Below are positions 51,592 through 60,693 of a DNA stretch of 64,000 nucleotides, in pieces. The stretch's first letter is position 1. Every line of letters starts with the position of its first letter. The notes under the pieces were generated by a model, which was given only the letters and a program-made list of their open reading frames with translations, did not search any database and had not been told where the DNA came from. Source of the stretch: Burkholderiales bacterium (GTDB taxonomy: Bacteria; Pseudomonadota; Gammaproteobacteria; Burkholderiales; SG8-39); the NCBI GenBank assembly GCA_036262835.1, contig DATAID010000105.1, forward strand, positions 35,303 to 99,302. The letters are read 5' to 3'. The translations under genes were made by a program, and so were the position numbers.

Positions 51592-52791
51592 TCAGTAGCT
51601 CCTTGGCATGCCGAGGACGTGCTCGCCGATATAGGCGAGGACGAGGTTGGTCGAAATGGGCGCGGTGCGATGGATGCGGGCCTCGCGCCAGCGCCGCTCC
51701 ACATGGTACTCGCGCGCGAAGCCGAAGCCGCCGTAGGTTTGCATGCAGGCTTCCGCCGCTTCCCAGGCCGCTTCGGAGGCGAGCAGCTTCGCGACGTTCG
51801 CGTCCTCGCCGCAGGGCAGGCCCGCCTCGAAGAGCGCCGCCGCTTTCCTGAGCATCATGTCCGCCGCCTGCGCCTGCGCGTAGGCGCGCGCGATCGGGAA
51901 CTGGATCGCCTGGTTCTGGCCGATCGGGCGGCCGAAGACCACGCGCTCGCTTGCGTAGCTGGACGCGGTTTTCACGAACCAGCGCGCGTCGCCGATCGCC
52001 TCGTGCGAGACGAGAATGCGCTCGGCGTTCATGCCGTCGAGGATGCAGCGAAAGCCCCTGCCTTCGCCGCCGATCAGGTTCGCGGCCGGCACTCTCATGC
52101 CGTCCATGAACACTTCGGTGGTGTTGTGATTGATCATCGCCGCGAGCGGCCGTATCTCGAGGCCTTTGCCGAGGCATTCGCGCAGGTCCACCAGGAACAC
52201 CGAAAGGCCCTCGGTCTTCTTTTGCACCTGGTCGAGCGGCGTCGTGCGCGCGAGCAGCAGCATCAGGTCCGAGTGCAGCGCGCGCGAGGTCCATACCTTT
52301 TGCCCGCTGATCACGTAGTGATCGCCGTCGCGCACGGCTTTCGTCTTCAAGCTCGTCGTGTCGGTGCCCGAGGTCGGCTCGGTGACGCCGAACGCCTGCA
52401 GGCGCAGCTCGCCCGAGGCGACGCCGGGCAGGTATTTTCTTTTCTGCTCGGGACTGCCGTGGCGCAGCACCGAGCCCATGGTGTACATCTGCGCGTGGGC
52501 GGCAGCCGCGTAGCAGCCTGCGGCATGGCACTCCTCGAGCACGACGCCCGCCGCACGCAGCGGCAAACCGGCGCCGCCGTACTCCTCGGGGATGAGCGCG
52601 CCCAGGTAGCCGGCCTTGGTCAGCGCCTGCACGAACTCGGTCGGATAGGCGGACTGCTCGTCGAGCTTGCGCCAGTAGTCGCCCGGAAAATCGGCGCAGA
52701 TGCGCTGGACGCTCGCCCGGATTTCGGGCCAGTCCTCTCCGAGCGCGACGCTGACGTCACTTGCCTTTGAAGTTGGGTTTTCTCTTTTCAT
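51592..52791 (-). CDS. Acyl-CoA dehydrogenase
   Basis: About 399 aa with EEYGGAG, TEPTSGTD and a C-terminal YGGFGFAREYHVERRWREARI catalytic-base region. ATG 52791 overlaps the upstream gene by 35 nt. Confidence 0.85.
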   Translation of the reverse strand: MKRENPTSKASDVSVALGEDWPEIRASVQRICADFPGDYWRKLDEQSAYPTEFVQALTKAGYLGALIPEEYGGAGLPLRAAGVVLEECHAAGCYAAAAHAQMYTMGSVLRHGSPEQKRKYLPGVASGELRLQAFGVTEPTSGTDTTSLKTKAVRDGDHYVISGQKVWTSRALHSDLMLLLARTTPLDQVQKKTEGLSVFLVDLRECLGKGLEIRPLAAMINHNTTEVFMDGMRVPAANLIGGEGRGFRCILDGMNAERILVSHEAIGDARWFVKTASSYASERVVFGRPIGQNQAIQFPIARAYAQAQAADMMLRKAAALFEAGLPCGEDANVAKLLASEAAWEAAEACMQTYGGFGFAREYHVERRWREARIHRTAPISTNLVLAYIGEHVLGMPRSY

Positions 52792-53551
52792 TGAAGGCTT
52801 TCACGCCTTCCCGGCGGTCTTCCGTATCCACCAGCCGGTTATACGCCTCGATTTCGAACCTGTATCCGGTCAGCAGATCCATCTGCAGGCCGTAGTGGAT
52901 CGATTTTTTCGCCTGCCGCACGGAAAGCGGCGCGTTGGCGGCGATCGCCTGGGCAGTCCCGAGCGCTTCATCTAGGAGCTTGCCGGGCTCGCAGACGCGG
53001 TTGAGCACGCCCCATTCGAGCGCCTCGGCGGCGCTGAAGGGCCGTGCGGTGAGAATGAGCTCCTTCGCGCGCCGCTCGCCCACCGCGCGCGGCAGATTCT
53101 GCGTGCCCATGCCGCCCGGCATGATGCCGAGGCTTACTTCGGAGAGCGCGAAGCGCGCGTTCGCCACGGCATAGGCGAAGTCGCAGCAGAGCGCCATCTC
53201 AAGACCGCCGCCGAACGCGTGCCCGCTCACCGCGGCGATCACCGGCACCGTGCACTCGACCAGCGCGACGAAGGCGCGCTCGAAGAGCTCGTGCTGCGCC
53301 TGCCAGGCGGCTTGCGTCATGCCATCGCGCTCCTTCAGGTCGCCGCCCGCGCAGAACGCGCGCTCGCCCGAGCCGGTCAGCACGATGGCGCGCACGTTGT
53401 CAGGCCCGGCGGTAATACGGGACCACAGGTCGAGCTGGTCGTGGCCCATCTGCGTGTTGATCGCGTTCAAAACTTCCGGGCGATTAAGCGTGACGAGAAG
53501 GACTTGCTCTCCTCGTTTTTCCACCTTCAAGGTTTTGTATTCGAAATTCAC
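52757..53551 (-). CDS. Enoyl-CoA hydratase/isomerase (crotonase) family protein
   Basis: LLVTLNRPEVLNA, FCAGGDLKE and GHAFGGGLEMAL oxyanion-hole motifs. GTGA overlap with the upstream stop. Confidence 0.85.
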   Translation of the reverse strand: MNFEYKTLKVEKRGEQVLLVTLNRPEVLNAINTQMGHDQLDLWSRITAGPDNVRAIVLTGSGERAFCAGGDLKERDGMTQAAWQAQHELFERAFVALVECTVPVIAAVSGHAFGGGLEMALCCDFAYAVANARFALSEVSLGIMPGGMGTQNLPRAVGERRAKELILTARPFSAAEALEWGVLNRVCEPGKLLDEALGTAQAIAANAPLSVRQAKKSIHYGLQMDLLTGYRFEIEAYNRLVDTEDRREGVKAFNEKRKPNFKGK

Positions 53552-54684
53552 GAGCCCAGCACCGTTTTCGTATCCGCCCCGAGCGCCGGCGCGGCCGAGC
53601 GCGAAAGAGCCCTGTCCCCGTCGAAGCTGATCGGCAGGCCGATCATGGGAATGCTCGATCCGGGCACCGGCTGGAGCAGCCCGAGCGCCCTGGTCTGTTC
53701 GTGCGCGAGCATCTGCGCCACGTCCTGCACCGGCGCGCACGGCACCCCTGCAGCCTCGAGCACCTCGACCCAGTGCGCGTTGGCCTTCTTCGACATCTCG
53801 CCTTCGATCAGCGCGTAGAGCTTGTCGGCGTTCTTCACGCGCTCCGGGTTGGTCTTGAACTTGTCGCTTTCGGCCCATTCCGGATGCGAGAGCGCCCCGC
53901 AAAGCCTCTTGAAAAGATTGTCGTTCGCGCCGGAGACGACGACGTAGCCGTCGGCCGTCCGGATCGCTCGATACGGCGCGATTCCCACTTGGCCCGAGCC
54001 GTGCCGCTTCGGCAGATTGCCCGACGAGAGGTAGTGCGCCGAGAACATGTTCATCCAGCCCGCCGCCGTCTCGAAGAGAGACACGTCCACGAGCCCCCCC
54101 TTGCCCGTCTCGCGCCGGCGGTAGAGCGCGGAAACGATGCCGATCGCCGCCCACATCGCGGTGCCGACATCGATGATCGAGGGTCCGACACGCACCGGCG
54201 GCCGGCCTTCCTCGCCCACGACGCTCATCACGCCGCCGAAGGCCTGCATGAGCGCGTCGTAGCCGGGCCGCCCGGCGAGCGGGCCCTTCGCGCCGAACGC
54301 CCCCACGTTGCAATAAACGAGCCCCGGCTTTTTCCCGAGGAGCGCCTTGGCGCCGAGATCCAGCGCATCGGCCTGACCCGGGCGCAGGTTCTGCAGGACG
54401 ACGTCGGCCTTGGCGACGATGAATTCGACCAGCTTCGCCTTCTGCTTCTCGTCCCGCAGCTCGCAGACGACCGAGCGCTTGTTGCGGTTGACCGAATTGA
54501 AGGTGGCCGACGACCCGTCGGCGAAGGGGGGCCCCCAGGTGCGCGCATCGTCGCCCTGCGGCTTTTCGATCTTCACCACGTCGGCGCCCAGGTCGCCGAG
54601 GATCTGCCCCGCCGCGGGCGCCGCGACACTGTGGCCGAGCTCGACCACGACGATGCCGGCGAGCGGAGCGCTTGCCTTGGTCAT
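53548..54684 (-). CDS. CaiB/BaiF family (class III) CoA-transferase
   Basis: Starts MTKASAPLAGIVVVELGHSVAAPAAGQILGDLGADVVKIE, continuing NRNKRS...PGYDALMQA. ATGA overlap with the upstream stop. Confidence 0.85.
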   Translation of the reverse strand: MTKASAPLAGIVVVELGHSVAAPAAGQILGDLGADVVKIEKPQGDDARTWGPPFADGSSATFNSVNRNKRSVVCELRDEKQKAKLVEFIVAKADVVLQNLRPGQADALDLGAKALLGKKPGLVYCNVGAFGAKGPLAGRPGYDALMQAFGGVMSVVGEEGRPPVRVGPSIIDVGTAMWAAIGIVSALYRRRETGKGGLVDVSLFETAAGWMNMFSAHYLSSGNLPKRHGSGQVGIAPYRAIRTADGYVVVSGANDNLFKRLCGALSHPEWAESDKFKTNPERVKNADKLYALIEGEMSKKANAHWVEVLEAAGVPCAPVQDVAQMLAHEQTRALGLLQPVPGSSIPMIGLPISFDGDRALSRSAAPALGADTKTVLGS

Positions 54685-55547
54685 TTCATCAATCCGATTT
54701 CCCGAAGGTATTTCCTGACCCCGGGATGAATCAACTCGATTTTCGGCGCGGCGGCGACGGTGTTCGACGCGGTCGTCTCCCTTGCCTGCGCGAGGCGCGC
54801 GCCGAGCGCGCCCTCGGCGCGATGAATCGCTTGCGCAAGCACATATGCTTTTTCGTCCGCCAGCGCCTCGGAAGAAAGAACAAAGCTCCAGTGCCCGACG
54901 GTGTTGAGCGCCGCAGCCTGCCCCGGGTAGCTGCCCGCAGGCACCGTCATGGCTTTGAGCTGCGGCTCCTTCGCGAGGATCGTCTTGATCTCCTTCGCGT
55001 CGGGCACGATGAAGCGCCCGCCCTGCTTCGCCATCGTCTCGAACCCCGGCCAGCCAACCCCCGCGCCCCAGAGCGCAACCGCTTTGCCGTCGCGGATGAA
55101 GACTGGGCCGTCGGCTGCCTTTTCCAGGGTTATTTCCTGCACATCGACATTCAATGACTTCAAAACCATTCGGCCGAGGACGGTGAGCCCGGAACCCTGG
55201 GTCCCCAGCACGACCGGCTTTCCCTTCAGATCGGCGATCGACCGCACCGGGCTCTCGCCGCGCACGACGAACATTCCCGGCGAGCCGTACATCGCCGTGA
55301 TGATGCGAAGTCGCGTGCCGGGCTTTGCCAGCGCCCCGCTCGCGTAGTCGCCCGCGACGAGAGCGATGTCGAGCTTCCCCTCTTCGAGAAGCGGCACGTT
55401 TTCCGAGCTGCCCTTGGTGTTGCGGGTCTCGACGCGAAGCTTCGGCTCCTGCGCATTCACCGTCTCGGCGAAGGCCGCGCCGTAAACAGGGAATCCGCCG
55501 CCCGGCGTCGCCGTTCCCAGCACCAGCACGAAGAGCGCCTCGGCCAT
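54681..55547 (-). CDS. TAXI-type (TRAP-associated) solute-binding-protein homolog lacking any signal peptide
   Basis: LGTATPGGGFPVYGAAFAETVN...TKGSSENVPLLEEGKLDIALV...DLKGKPVVLGTQGSGL matches the TAXI pattern. The ORF begins with the codon immediately after the upstream TAG and has only 6 residues before the mature-domain motif. Confidence 0.65.
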   Translation of the reverse strand: MAEALFVLVLGTATPGGGFPVYGAAFAETVNAQEPKLRVETRNTKGSSENVPLLEEGKLDIALVAGDYASGALAKPGTRLRIITAMYGSPGMFVVRGESPVRSIADLKGKPVVLGTQGSGLTVLGRMVLKSLNVDVQEITLEKAADGPVFIRDGKAVALWGAGVGWPGFETMAKQGGRFIVPDAKEIKTILAKEPQLKAMTVPAGSYPGQAAALNTVGHWSFVLSSEALADEKAYVLAQAIHRAEGALGARLAQARETTASNTVAAAPKIELIHPGVRKYLREIGLMK

Positions 55548-56462
55548 CTACTGGACTCGCGCGGCCATCATCCAGCCCGAGCCCGAAAGCCGGAAGCCGT
55601 CCGCGCGGCCGCTGAAATAGCGCTCGTTCAACGCCGCCGCGCCGAGCGCGAGCGCCGAGCCGTAGCCTGCCGCGCGCAGGTCCGAGGCGAGCGTTTCGGG
55701 CTCGAAGTAGCTCACCCACGGCTCGCCCGAGCGCGCTACGAGCGCGGCGCGGCGCCAGTGCAGCCGCCGCTCGGCCGGGCCCATGGCCTCCGGCGGCGAG
55801 GAGAAGTCGAACACGATCTCGCTTCCGGGCGCGCCGCGCGCGACCGTAGCGAGCGTTTCGCGAATCGCTTTCTCGCTCAGGTAGATCGTCACGCCCAGCC
55901 AGGAAAAAAATGCAGGCCGGTCGGCGCGAAATCCGGCCGCTTTGAGTCCCTGCGCCAGTGTCTGGCGCTCGAAATCGACCGGCGCGAAGGTGAGCGTGCG
56001 CGGCACGGCGATGCCCTGGCGCGAGAGCATCTCGCGCTTCCAATTCTGCGTCGCCGCGAAGTCCACCTCGAAAACGCGCAGGTGCTTGTGCGGATTTCGG
56101 TAAGCAAAGGTGTCGAGCCCGGCACCGAGCACCACGTACTGGCGCGTTCCACGCGCGTGGGCCTCGGCGAGCTGGTCCTCGGCGTAGCGGCTGCGCATGA
56201 CGAGGAAGGCGCGCATGCCGCGAGAAGCCGGGGTGCCGTAGCGCTCGAGGTTGAAGCCGAGCCGACGCACCCCCTCCGCGCCGAAGATGCGCAGGGCGAG
56301 GGGATCCTCGAACACGCGCGGCGACTCGAGCAATTGGTGCGCCGCCCGTTGGAGCGCGGCGCCGCGGGCCGTCCTGCTGGGCCGTCCTTCTTCGAGTGCT
56401 TTTGCCGTTCCGGGCAGGAACAACGCCGCCGAAGACCCTAAGAAACCCCTCCGGGTAAGCAC
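55548..56462 (-). CDS. Class I SAM-dependent methyltransferase-like protein (LCM/TIGR00027-like) with a twin-arginine signal peptide
   Basis: N-terminus MLTRRGFLGSSAALFLPGTAKA/LEE (Tat consensus T-R-R-x-F-L, AxA cleavage site), then SRTARGAALQRAAH and VVLGAGLDTFAYR motifs. The GTG start lies 1 nt after the mmsA stop. Confidence 0.6.
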   Translation of the reverse strand: MLTRRGFLGSSAALFLPGTAKALEEGRPSRTARGAALQRAAHQLLESPRVFEDPLALRIFGAEGVRRLGFNLERYGTPASRGMRAFLVMRSRYAEDQLAEAHARGTRQYVVLGAGLDTFAYRNPHKHLRVFEVDFAATQNWKREMLSRQGIAVPRTLTFAPVDFERQTLAQGLKAAGFRADRPAFFSWLGVTIYLSEKAIRETLATVARGAPGSEIVFDFSSPPEAMGPAERRLHWRRAALVARSGEPWVSYFEPETLASDLRAAGYGSALALGAAALNERYFSGRADGFRLSGSGWMMAARVQ

Positions 56463-56463
56463 G

Positions 56464-57969
56464 TCAGCCGAGCGTCGGCATGTTGAAGCCGGCGGCGGGC
56501 GTGTCCTGGTGCGGCCAGCGCGTGGTGATCGCTTTCGTCCGCGTGTAAAACTTGACGCCTTCCATCCCGTGCACGTGCAGGTCGCCGAAGAGCGAGCTCT
56601 TCCAGCCGCCGAACGAATAGAACGCGACCGGCACCGGGATCGGCACGTTCACGCCGACCATGCCGATCGAGACCTCGTTGGCGAAGCGCCGCGCCGCGCC
56701 ACCCGACTCGGTGAAGATCGCCGCGCCGTTCGCGTAGGGGTTGGCATTGACGATCGCAATGGCTTCTTCCAGCGAGCTTGCGCGCAGAACCGAGAGCACG
56801 GGACCGAAAATCTCGTGCTTGTAGATCTCCATGCCGGGCTTCACCTGGTCGAAGAGCGTGGTGCCAAGGAAGAAACCCTCCTTGATGCCGTGATTGCGTC
56901 CGTCGACCACGAGCTTCGCGCCCTCGGCGACGCCCTTGTCGACGAAACCCTTGACCTTGTCGCGATGCTCGCCAGTGATGAGCGGGCCCATGTCCATGCC
57001 GTCCCTGTCGCCAGCCCCGACCTTGATCTTTTTGGCCTTTTCTTCGAGCAGTTTCACGATCCGGTCGCCGGCGGACCCCACTGCCACCACCGCGGAAACG
57101 GCCATGCAGCGCTCGCCCGCCGAGCCGTAACCGGCGCCGATCAATGCGTCCGCGGCGAACTCCATGTCCGCATCGGGGAGCACGACGGCATGGTTTTTCG
57201 CGCCGCCGAGCGCCTGCACGCGCTTGCCATTTCTTGCCGCGGTTTCGTAGATGTATTTGGCAATGGGAGTGGAGCCCACAAACGAGATGGCAGAAACTTT
57301 TTCGTGAGAAAGCAAGGCATCCACGGCAGCCTTGTCGCCGTGCACGACGTTAAAGACGCCGTCGGGCAGCCCCGCCTGCTTGAGCAGCTCGGCCATGAAA
57401 ATGGAAGCCGACGGGTCCTTCTCCGAGGGCTTGAGCACGAAGGTGTTGCCGCACGCCAGGGCGACCGGAAACATCCAGAGCGGCACCATGACCGGAAAAT
57501 TGAACGGCGTGATGCCGGCGCACACGCCGACCGGCTGGCGCACGGTGTGGCAATCGACGCCGGTGCCGACGTTCTCCGAGTGCTCGCCCTTGAGCAGATG
57601 CGGAATGCCGCAGGCGAATTCGACGACCTCCATGCCGCGCTGGACTGAGCCCATCGCGTCGGGCAGCGTCTTGCCGTGCTCGGCCGTGACGATGGACGCC
57701 AACTGCTTTTGGTTCTCCTGCAATAGAGCCAGGAACTTCTGCAGAACGCGCGCCCGCCTCACGGGCGGCCAGTCGCGCCATTCGGGAAGCGCCGCCGCGG
57801 CGGCCTTGACGGCTTTATCGATTGTGTCCTCGTTGCAAAGAGGCACTCGCCTGACGACCTGGCCGGTCGCAGGGTTGAAGACGTCTCCCATCCGTCCGGC
57901 GAGCGCGAGCGGCTTGCCGTTGATCCAGACGGGAACGGTGTCGAGCTTCAATTCAGCGGGCTTGTTCAT
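56464..57969 (-). CDS. mmsA: CoA-acylating methylmalonate-semialdehyde dehydrogenase
   Basis: 501-aa aldehyde dehydrogenase with ITPFNFPVMVPLWMFPVALACGNTFVLKPSEKDP and FVGST. The catalytic Cys context (GERCMA) is typical of MmsA. Confidence 0.85.
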   Translation of the reverse strand: MNKPAELKLDTVPVWINGKPLALAGRMGDVFNPATGQVVRRVPLCNEDTIDKAVKAAAAALPEWRDWPPVRRARVLQKFLALLQENQKQLASIVTAEHGKTLPDAMGSVQRGMEVVEFACGIPHLLKGEHSENVGTGVDCHTVRQPVGVCAGITPFNFPVMVPLWMFPVALACGNTFVLKPSEKDPSASIFMAELLKQAGLPDGVFNVVHGDKAAVDALLSHEKVSAISFVGSTPIAKYIYETAARNGKRVQALGGAKNHAVVLPDADMEFAADALIGAGYGSAGERCMAVSAVVAVGSAGDRIVKLLEEKAKKIKVGAGDRDGMDMGPLITGEHRDKVKGFVDKGVAEGAKLVVDGRNHGIKEGFFLGTTLFDQVKPGMEIYKHEIFGPVLSVLRASSLEEAIAIVNANPYANGAAIFTESGGAARRFANEVSIGMVGVNVPIPVPVAFYSFGGWKSSLFGDLHVHGMEGVKFYTRTKAITTRWPHQDTPAAGFNMPTLG

Positions 57970-58020
57970 GAGCGGGTCCGGCGCGAGAGAGCGGAAATTC
58001 TACGCCGATATACTGGCCGG

Positions 58021-59805
58021 ATGAGCGCTCCGCTCGTTCCCGCACGGCTCGAATTCGCAGCGGACGGAACCCCGTATTCGGCCGCGTTCGGCGACGTCTA
58101 TCACAGCGCGGCAGGTGGCGTCGCCCAGGCGCGCCACGTATTCCTCGGCGGCAACGCCCTGCCCGGACGCTGGCGCGGCAGGCGCACATTCACGATCCTC
58201 GAGACCGGATTCGGCCTCGGCCTCAACTTCCTCACGACCTTGCAGGCCTGGCGCGAGGACACCGCGCGCTGCGACCGGTTGCATTTCGTTTCCGTCGAAA
58301 AGCATCCCTTTTCCGTTGCCGATCTTTCCTCCGTTCTGGCAAAACATCCTGAACTAGAACCCCAGCCACTTCTCGACGCATGGCCGATGCTCACGCCGGG
58401 AATGCATCGCCTGGAACTTGAACAAGGCCGTGTCGTGCTCACGCTCCTCTTCGAGGACATCACGGCGATTCGCGAGCTCGGGCTTTCGGTTGACGCGTTC
58501 TACCTCGACGGCTTCGCGCCCGACCGCAATCCGGACATGTGGTCGCCCGCGCTCATGCGCGCGCTTTCGCGCCTCGCCACGCCCGGTGCGACCGCGGCCA
58601 CCTGGAGCGTGGCGGCCAGCGTGCGCGCCGCGCTGGAGCGAACCGGGTTCGTCGTGGAGAAGAGAAAGGGTTTCGGCAACAAGAAGGAGATGCTCCTTGC
58701 GACGCAGGGCGGAAAAGAAAGCCCCTCAACGAAAGGACCCGAAGAAAAGTCCGCCATCGTCGTAGGCGCCGGCATTGCCGGCGCCGCGGCGAGCGAGCGG
58801 CTGACCTCGCGCGGCTGGCGCGTGACCGTGATCGAGCGCCACCCGAAGCCCGCCATGGAGGCTTCGGGCAATCCAGTGGGCATATTTCATCCGGTCGTCT
58901 CGCCAGACGACAGCGTTTTTGCCCGGATTACCCGCGCCTCATTTCTTTATCTCCTTCAAAGAGCGACAAAGCTGAGCTCGCTGCGCTGGTCCCAATGCGG
59001 TGTCGTGCAACTGCCGCGCGATGAGGACGAGCGCCGCTCGCAGTGGAAGGCGATCGACGTGCTCGCCTTTCCTCAGGATTACGTTTCCTACGACCAGGGG
59101 CTGCTGTTTCCCAAGGCAGGATGGGTATCGCCAACGAGCCTGGTGGATTGCCTCTTGAAGGGCGCAGACCTTGTTTTAGGCCGCGAAGTCGTTTCGATCG
59201 AACAAACCGAGGGAAACTGGACCGCAAAAGACGGTGACGGAAAAGCCATCGCCTCCGCGCCGGTCATGATCCTCGCCAATTCATCCGAGGCCGCGCGCCT
59301 TGCGCCGCAGAAGGCGATTCGGCTGCGCCGGGTACGCGGGCAGATCAGCCTCATTCCGGCGATTCCAGGACTGGACAAGGTGCTCATCCGGGGCGGCTTC
59401 GCGATCCCGGGCGTGGACGGCGTCTCCGCGATCGGCGCGAGCTTCGACATCGACGACGAGGATCCCGAGGTGCGAGCCGACAGCCATGCCGGCAACCTCG
59501 AGCGGCTCGAGCAGCTGTTGCCCGGGACTTCGAAAGGTCTTGATTGCACAGCAATGCAAGGGCGCGTCGCCTTCCGCTCCGTCGTCCCCGACCGCTTGCC
59601 GGTGATCGGACCGCTCGGCCCGGACCTGTACGGCGCCTATGCCTACGGCTCGCGCGGGCTCATCTGGGCGGGCCTGGGCGGGGAATTGCTCGCGAGCCTC
59701 ATTTGCGGCGAGCCCTTGCCGCTTGAAAAAAAGCTCGTCGCCGCGCTCGCTCCCGGACGCTTCGCCGCGAGGGCGGCGAGAAAAGCTACGGCCGCTCGAG
59801 CTTGA
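58021..59805 (+). CDS. mnmC: Bifunctional tRNA U34 modification enzyme MnmC (methyltransferase + FAD oxidoreductase)
   Basis: N-terminus F..DGTPYSAAFGDVYHS, ILETGFGLGLNFL and FYLDGFAP, then the FAD fold VVGAGIAGAAA. 594 aa. Confidence 0.9.
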   Translation: MSAPLVPARLEFAADGTPYSAAFGDVYHSAAGGVAQARHVFLGGNALPGRWRGRRTFTILETGFGLGLNFLTTLQAWREDTARCDRLHFVSVEKHPFSVADLSSVLAKHPELEPQPLLDAWPMLTPGMHRLELEQGRVVLTLLFEDITAIRELGLSVDAFYLDGFAPDRNPDMWSPALMRALSRLATPGATAATWSVAASVRAALERTGFVVEKRKGFGNKKEMLLATQGGKESPSTKGPEEKSAIVVGAGIAGAAASERLTSRGWRVTVIERHPKPAMEASGNPVGIFHPVVSPDDSVFARITRASFLYLLQRATKLSSLRWSQCGVVQLPRDEDERRSQWKAIDVLAFPQDYVSYDQGLLFPKAGWVSPTSLVDCLLKGADLVLGREVVSIEQTEGNWTAKDGDGKAIASAPVMILANSSEAARLAPQKAIRLRRVRGQISLIPAIPGLDKVLIRGGFAIPGVDGVSAIGASFDIDDEDPEVRADSHAGNLERLEQLLPGTSKGLDCTAMQGRVAFRSVVPDRLPVIGPLGPDLYGAYAYGSRGLIWAGLGGELLASLICGEPLPLEKKLVAALAPGRFAARAARKATAARA

Positions 59806-60691
59806 TGTCGTCGTAGGAGGCGCGCTGGCCGATCGGCTCGATGTGCACGAGCAGGATTGCGTTCGGCACGAGCGAGCGCACGCGCGCCTCGATCTCCTCC
59901 GAGAGCGCATGCGCGCGCTCGACCGTCCAGTCGTCGGGCACGAGCAGGTGAAAGCTGACGAAGCGCCGGCTGCCCGACTGCCGGGTGCGCAGCGCATGGA
60001 AGTCCACCGCGTAGCGCGGCCGGTACTCGGCGAAGATCTTTTCGATCTCCTCGCGCTCGGCTTCGGGGATCGCGGCGTCCATGAGCCCGGCGAACGAGCG
60101 GCGCACCAGCATGAAGCCCGTCCACACGATGTGCGCGGCCACCGCCAGCGCGACGAGCGGGTCGAGCAGGTTCCAGCCGGTGGCCGCCGCGAGCGCGACG
60201 CCGACGATCACGCCGGCCGAAGTCCAGACATCGGCGAGAAGGTGGTGGCCGTCGGCTTCGAGCGCGATGCTCTCCTCGCGGCGCCCGACGCGAATGAGAT
60301 GCCAGCCCGCGGCCAGGTTGAACGCAGAGGCGATCGCCGAGAGCGCGAGCCCGAGGAGCGGCGCCTCGATCGGCTGCGGCGCGGCGAGGCGCGGCAAGGC
60401 CGTCCACACGATGCCCGCCGCGGCAAGGACGATCAGCGCGCCCTCGATGCCGCTCGAGAAATACTCGGCCTTGAAATGCCCGTGCGGATGCTCGTCGTCC
60501 GGCGGCGCGGCGGCGACGCGCAGCATCGAAACCGCGAGGAGCGCCGCGGCGAGGTTGATAAGCGACTCGAGCGCATCCGACAAAAGTCCGACCGAGCCGG
60601 TGTAATACCAGGCGAGCGTCTTCAGCGAGATGGTGACGAGCGCCACCGCGACCGACAGCCAGGCGTAGCGCTCTAGCCCGCCCTTTGCCAT
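59786..60691 (-). CDS. Cation diffusion facilitator (CDF) family transporter
   Basis: SVGLLSDALESLINL and HLLADVWTSAGV metal-site motifs in TM2/TM5, with a C-terminal cytoplasmic domain. The ATG lies 2 nt after the upstream stop. Confidence 0.8.
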   Translation of the reverse strand: MAKGGLERYAWLSVAVALVTISLKTLAWYYTGSVGLLSDALESLINLAAALLAVSMLRVAAAPPDDEHPHGHFKAEYFSSGIEGALIVLAAAGIVWTALPRLAAPQPIEAPLLGLALSAIASAFNLAAGWHLIRVGRREESIALEADGHHLLADVWTSAGVIVGVALAAATGWNLLDPLVALAVAAHIVWTGFMLVRRSFAGLMDAAIPEAEREEIEKIFAEYRPRYAVDFHALRTRQSGSRRFVSFHLLVPDDWTVERAHALSEEIEARVRSLVPNAILLVHIEPIGQRASYDDIKLERP

Positions 60692-60693
60692 GG

